This document shows, piece after piece, positions 60,001-64,000 of a DNA stretch of 64,000 nt. The position numbers and the translations under genes were made by a program. Numbering within the stretch: position 1 is the first letter of the stretch; each line of letters starts with the position of its first letter. The notes under the pieces were generated by a model, which was not told the origin of the DNA, did no database searches, and saw only the letters and a program-made list of their open reading frames with translations. Source of the stretch: Eledone cirrhosa (lineage: Eukaryota); the NCBI GenBank assembly GCA_964016885.1, contig OZ024742.1:44764001-44828000 (forward strand), in the 5' to 3' direction.

Positions 60001-63000
60001 TGGTCACAATGATGATAGTGGTGACAATGTTGATAGTGGGGACAATGTTGATGGTGGTGACAATGTTGATAGTGGTGACAATGTTGATAGTGGTGACAAG
60101 GTTGATAGTGGTGACAATGTTGATAGTGGTGACAGTGTTGATAGTGGTGACAATGTTGATAGTGGTGACAATGTTGATAGTGGTGACAATGATAGTGGTG
60201 ACAATGTTGATAGTGATGACAATGTTGATAGTGATGACAATGTTGATAGTGGTGACAGTGTTGATAGTGGTCACAATGATGATAGTGGTGACAATGTTGA
60301 TAGTGGTGACAATGTTGATAGTGGTGACAATGTTGATAGTGGTGACAATGTTGATAGTGGTCACAATGATGATAGTGGTGACAATGTTGATAGTGGTGAC
60401 AATGTTGATAGTGGTGACAATGATAGTGGTGACAATGTTGATAGTGGTGACAATGTTGATATTGGTGACAATGTTGATAGCGGTGACAATGTTGATAATG
60501 GTGACAATGTTGATAGTGGTGACAAGGTTGATAGTGGTGACAATGTTGATAGTGGTGACAGTGTTGATAGTGGTGACAATGTTGATAGTGGTCACAATGT
60601 TGATAGAGGTGACAATGTTGATAGTGGTGACAATGTTGATAATGGTGACAATGTTGATAGTGGTGACAATGTTGATAGTGGTGACAATGTTGATAGTGGT
60701 GACAATGTTGATAGTGGTGACAATGTTGATAGTGGTGACAATGTTGATAGTGGTGACAATGTTGATAGTGGTGACAATGTTGATAGTGGGGACAATGTTG
60801 ATAGTGGTGACAATGTTGATAGTGGTGACAATGTTGATAGTGGTGACAATGTTGATAGTGGTGACAATGTTGATAGTGGTGACAATGTTGATAGTGGTGA
60901 CAATGTTGATAGTGGTGACAATGTTGATAGTGGTGACAATGTTGATAGTGGTGACAATGTTGATAGTGGTGACAATGTTGATAGTGGGGACAATGTTGAT
61001 AGTGGGGACAATGTTGATAGTGGTGACAATGTTGATAGTGGGGACAATGTTGATGGTGGTGACAATGTTGATAGTGGTGACAATGTTGATAGTGGTGACA
61101 AGGTTGATAGTGGTGACAATGTTGATAGTGGTGACAATGTTGATAGTGGGGACAATGTTGATAGTGGTGACAATGTTGATAGTGATGACAGTGTTGATAG
61201 TGGTGACAAGGTTGATAGTGATGACAATAGTGATAGTGGTGACAATGTTGATAGTGGTGACAATGTTGATAGTGGTGACAATGTTGATAGTGGTGACAAT
61301 GTTGATAGTGGTGACAATGATGATAGTGGTGACAATGTTGATAGTGGTGACAATGTTGATAGTGGTGACAATGTTGATAGTGGTGACAATGTTGATAGTG
61401 GTGACAGTGTTGATAGTGGTGACAAGGTTGATAGTGGTGACAATGATAGTGGTGACAATGTTGATAGTGGTGACAATGATGATAGTGGTGACAATGTTGA
61501 TAGTGATGACAATGTTGATAGTGGTGACAATGTTGATAGTGGTGACAAGGTTGATAGTGGTGACAATGTTGATAGTGGTGACAAGGTTGATAGTGATGAC
61601 AATAGTGATAGTGGTGACAATGTTGATAGTGGTGACAATGATGATAGTGGTGACAATGTTGATAGTGGTGACAATGTTGATAGTGGTGACAATGATAGTG
61701 GTGACAATGTTGATAGTGGTGACAATGTTGATAGTGGTGACAACGTTGATAGTGATGACAAGGTAGATAGTGATGACAATAGTGATAGTGGTGACAATGT
61801 TGATAGTGGTGACAAGGTTGATAGTGATGACAATAGTGATAGTGGTGACAATGTTGATAGTGGTGACAATGATAGTGGTGACAATGTTGATAGTGGTGAC
61901 AATGTTGATAGTGATGACAATGTTGATAGTGGTGACAATGTTGATAGTGGTGACAATGTTGATAGTGGTGACAATGTTGATAGTGGTGACAATGTTGACA
62001 GTGCTGACAATGTTGATAGTGATGACAATGTTGATAGTGGTGACAATGTTGATAGTGCTGACAATGTTGATAGTGGTGACAAGGTTGATAGTGATGACAA
62101 TGTTGATAGTGGTGACAGTGTTGATAGTGGTCACAATGATGATAGTGGTCACAATGATGATAGTGGTGACAATGTTGATAGTGGTGACAATGTTGATAGT
62201 GGTGACAATGATAGTGGTGACAATGTTGATAGTGGTGACAATGTTGATATTGGTGACAATGTTGATAGCGGTGACAATGTTGATAATGGTGACAATGTTG
62301 ATAGTGGTGACAGTGTTGATAGTGGTGACAATGTTGATAGTGGTGACAGTGTTGATAGTGGTGACAATGTTGATAGTGGTGACAATGTTGATAGTGGTGA
62401 CAGTGTTGATAGTGGTGACAAGGTTGATAGTGGTGACAATGTTGATAGTGATGACAATGTTGATAGTGGTGACAATGATGATAGTGGTGACAATGTTGAT
62501 AGTGGGGACAATGTTGATGGTGGTGACAATGTTGATAGTGGTGACAATATTGATAGTGGTGACAATGTTGATAGTGGTGACAATGTTGATAGTGGTGACA
62601 AGGTTGATAGTGGTGACAATGTTGATAGTGGTGACAATATTGATAGTGGTGACAAGGTTGATAGTGGTGACAATGTTGATAGTGGTGACAATGTTGATAG
62701 TGGTGACAATATTGATAGTGGTGACAAGGTTGATAGTGGTGACAGTGTTGATAGTGGTGACAATGTTGATAGTGGTGACAATGATGATAGTGGTGACAAT
62801 GTTGATAGTGGTGACAATGTTGATAGTGGTCACAATGATGATAGTGGTCACAATGTTGATAGAGGTGACAATGTTGATAGTGGTGACAATGTTGATAGTG
62901 GTGACAATGTTGATAGTGGTCACAATGATGATAGTGGTGACAATGTTGATAGTGGTGACAATGTTGATAGTGGTCACAATGATGATAGTGGTCACAATGT

Positions 63001-64000
63001 TGATAGAGGTGACAATGTTGATAGTGGTGACAATGTTGATAATGGTGACAATGTTGATAGTGGTGACAGTGTTGATAGTGGGGACAATGTTGATAGTGGT
63101 CACAATGATGATAGTGGTGACAATGTTGATAGTGGTGACAATGTTGATAGTGGTCACAATGATGATAGTGGTGACAATGTTGATAGTGGTGACAATGTTG
63201 ATAGTGGTGACAAGGTTGATAGTGGTGACAATGTTGATAGTGGTGACAATATTGATAGTGGTGACAAGGTTGATAGTGGTGACAATGTTGATAGTGGTGA
63301 CAATGTTGATAGTGGTGACAATGTTGATAGTGGTCACAATGATGATAGTGGTGACAATGTTGATAGTGGTGACAATGTTGATAGTGGTCACAATGATGAT
63401 AGTGGTGACAATGATGATAGTGGTGACAATGTTGATAGTGGTGACAATGATGATAGTGGTGACAATGATGATAGTGGTGACAATGATGATAGTGATGACA
63501 ATAGTGATAGTGGTGACAATGTTGATAGTGGTGACAATGTTGATAGTGGTGACAATGTTGATAGTGGTGACAAGGTTGATAGTGGTGACAATGTTGATAG
63601 TGGTGACAATGTTGATAGTGGTGACAATGATAGTGGTGACAATGTTGATAATGGTGACAATGCTGATAGTGGTGACAATGTTGATAGTGGTGACAATGTT
63701 GATAGTGGTGACAATGTTGATAGTGGTGACAATGTTGATAGTGGTGACAATGTTAATAGTGGTGAAAATGTTGATAGTGGTGACAATGTTGATAGTGATG
63801 ACAATAGTGATAGTGGTGACAATGTTGATAGTGGTGACAATGTTGATAGTGGTGACAATGTTGATAGTGGTGACAATGTTGATAGTGGTGACAATGATAG
63901 TGGTGACAATGTTGATAGTGGTGACAATGTTGATAGTGGTGACAATGTTGATAGTGGTGACAATGTTGATAGTGGTGACAATGCTGATAGTGGTGACAAT
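2..64000 (+). CDS. Possible internal fragment of a giant acidic repeat protein, (DNVDSG/DNDDSG/DNDSG/DNVDSD)n; frame open at both ends, coding status unproven
   Basis: Frame +2 reads GAC AAT GTT GAT AGT GGT from position 2 to the final AAT at 63998-64000, and I saw no stop. An in-frame ATG exists at 10343 yet the ORF track lists no ORF from it, consistent with no downstream stop. Caveat: all consensus codons are RNY and at least two substitutions from a stop. Confidence 0.3.
330..1100. repeat. ~285-bp higher-order repeat marked by AGA GGT GAC AAT GTT GAA TGT
   Basis: The marker occurs at 335, 434, 629, 719, 914 and 1004. The spacings 434>719, 629>914 and 719>1004 are all 285 bp. Confidence 0.8.
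6470..14100. repeat. ~4.1-kb diverged higher-order duplication (about 6.5-10.1 kb versus 10.9-14.1 kb)
   Basis: Both copies show the same order of rare variants (AGC/GAT run, AGTAGT-GAAGGT, TAT-CAT, GTA/GAG, GTA/CAT). ORF-track breakpoints are offset by 4104, 4083 and 4065 bp. Confidence 0.75.
14240..24140. repeat. Near-perfect tandem duplication with a ~4965-bp period
   Basis: GGTAAC marker at 14276/19241 and shadow-frame stops at 15587/20552 and 16370/21335 are all offset by 4965. Later markers are offset by 4947, one 18-mer fewer (GAGTAC at 18641/23588). Confidence 0.9.
24890..25490. repeat. 297-bp tandem duplication
   Basis: The GTC/ATT/GTC/GACGAT/CAC marker string is repeated. ORF breakpoints are 25080/25377 and 25093/25390. 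Confidence 0.85.
30230..39060. repeat. Two ~2.8-kb homologous blocks ~5.96 kb apart (about 30.2-33.0 kb and 36.2-39.05 kb)
   Basis: Breakpoints 30600/36546 (5946), 31305/37269 (5964) and 31769/37733 (5964), with matching variant order. Confidence 0.8.
35020..35790. repeat. 414-bp-period tandem duplication
   Basis: The TAT-GTT-CAT...GTTGGT marker string is repeated. Breakpoints are 35259/35673 and 35281/35695. Confidence 0.85.
45020..48880. repeat. Near-perfect 1929-bp tandem duplication
   Basis: Two matching 458-aa shadow ORFs at 45127..46503 and 47056..48432, plus 46516/48445, are all offset by 1929. The rare ATG GAA marker is present in both copies. Confidence 0.92.
55900..58420. repeat. 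Sub-array enriched in AGG (RGD-encoding in frame +2) and AGC variants, with a local 126-bp period
   Basis: GAT AGG GGT GAC with the AGG at 56111, 56291, 56570, 56660, 56840, 57116, 57932, 58058, 58184 and 58361. Confidence 0.8.
59324..59479 (+). other. Compensated frameshift segment (-1 then +1)
   Basis: AATGTGAC in place of AATGGTGAC at ~59324, and GTTGAGAAGTGGT (one extra base) at ~59478. The frame switches in listed ORFs 58989..59471 and 59275..59955 and the TGA at 59325-59327 confirm both events. Confidence 0.9.

Larger units (their letters stand above)
1..64000. repeat. Giant tandem minisatellite/satellite array, 18-bp consensus GACAATGTTGATAGTGGT with interspersed 15-bp GACAATGATAGTGGT units; runs off both window ends
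   Basis: Every line consists of this unit or a close variant, always in the same orientation. The commonest variants are GTT>GAT, loss of GTT and GGT>GAT. No non-repeat sequence was seen. Confidence 0.99.
2..64000 (-). other. Stop-free antisense frame (TTINIV)n in the same codon register; alternative coding candidate
   Basis: The reverse complement reads ACC ACT ATC AAC ATT GTC. A stop would need TTA, CTA or TCA in + frame 2, and none was seen. In-frame starts exist (from CAT and CAC variants) but no terminated ORF is listed. Confidence 0.15.

Noticed and set aside
6-61766. Long + strand ORFs encoding (TMLIVV)n, up to 3494 aa
   Set aside because: They are a shadow frame of the repeat. Thousands of uninterrupted hydrophobic residues are implausible, and the ORF ends are set by a duplicated TTG>TAG variant with identical repeat on both sides.
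2266-63999. Minus-strand ORFs encoding (PLSTLS)n, superficially mucin-like
   Set aside because: They are broken dozens of times by several independent stop-creating variants, and their starts are arbitrary TTG codons inside the repeat.
1-64000. CRISPR array
   Set aside because: Units are directly adjacent, with no unique spacers, leader or cas genes.
1-64000. Telomerase-made telomeric tract or G-quadruplex array
   Set aside because: The strand is G/T-skewed but has only one GG per 18 bp. Multi-kb duplications with inherited variants indicate recombinational expansion rather than templated addition. A subtelomeric location is not excluded.
1-64000. Assignment to a named gene (DSPP, Starmaker, Sdr/Clf)
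   Set aside because: The resemblance is only compositional. The unit differs from the DSS and SD repeats, and no unique domain is visible.
1-64000. Purely artefactual or simulated low-complexity sequence
   Set aside because: Nested, collinear rare-variant haplotypes with graded divergence look like real array evolution, though the copy number of individual blocks may be misassembled.

Overview
The whole 64-kb window is one uninterrupted tandem array of roughly 3,600 units (estimated from length). The main unit is the 18-bp GACAATGTTGATAGTGGT, interspersed with a 15-bp form (GACAATGATAGTGGT) and point variants. There is no unique sequence, gene boundary, RNA gene, transposon or CRISPR spacer, so the organism cannot be identified. 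The listed TMLIVV and PLSTLS ORFs are shadow frames broken by variant-created stops. The ORF track misses frame +2 (2..64000, 21,333 codons of (DNVDSG)n), which has no stop in the window; its exact antisense, (TTINIV)n, has none either. All length variants are multiples of 3 except one -1/+1 pair at ~59324 and ~59478. That pair restores the frame and places a 52-residue hydrophobic stretch in an otherwise very acidic D/S/G polypeptide. Rare variants reveal nested higher-order repeats from ~0.1 to ~10 kb. The window is either an RNY-triplet minisatellite or the interior of a giant repetitive exon (acidic, SGD/RGD-rich). Flanking sequence and expression data are needed to decide.
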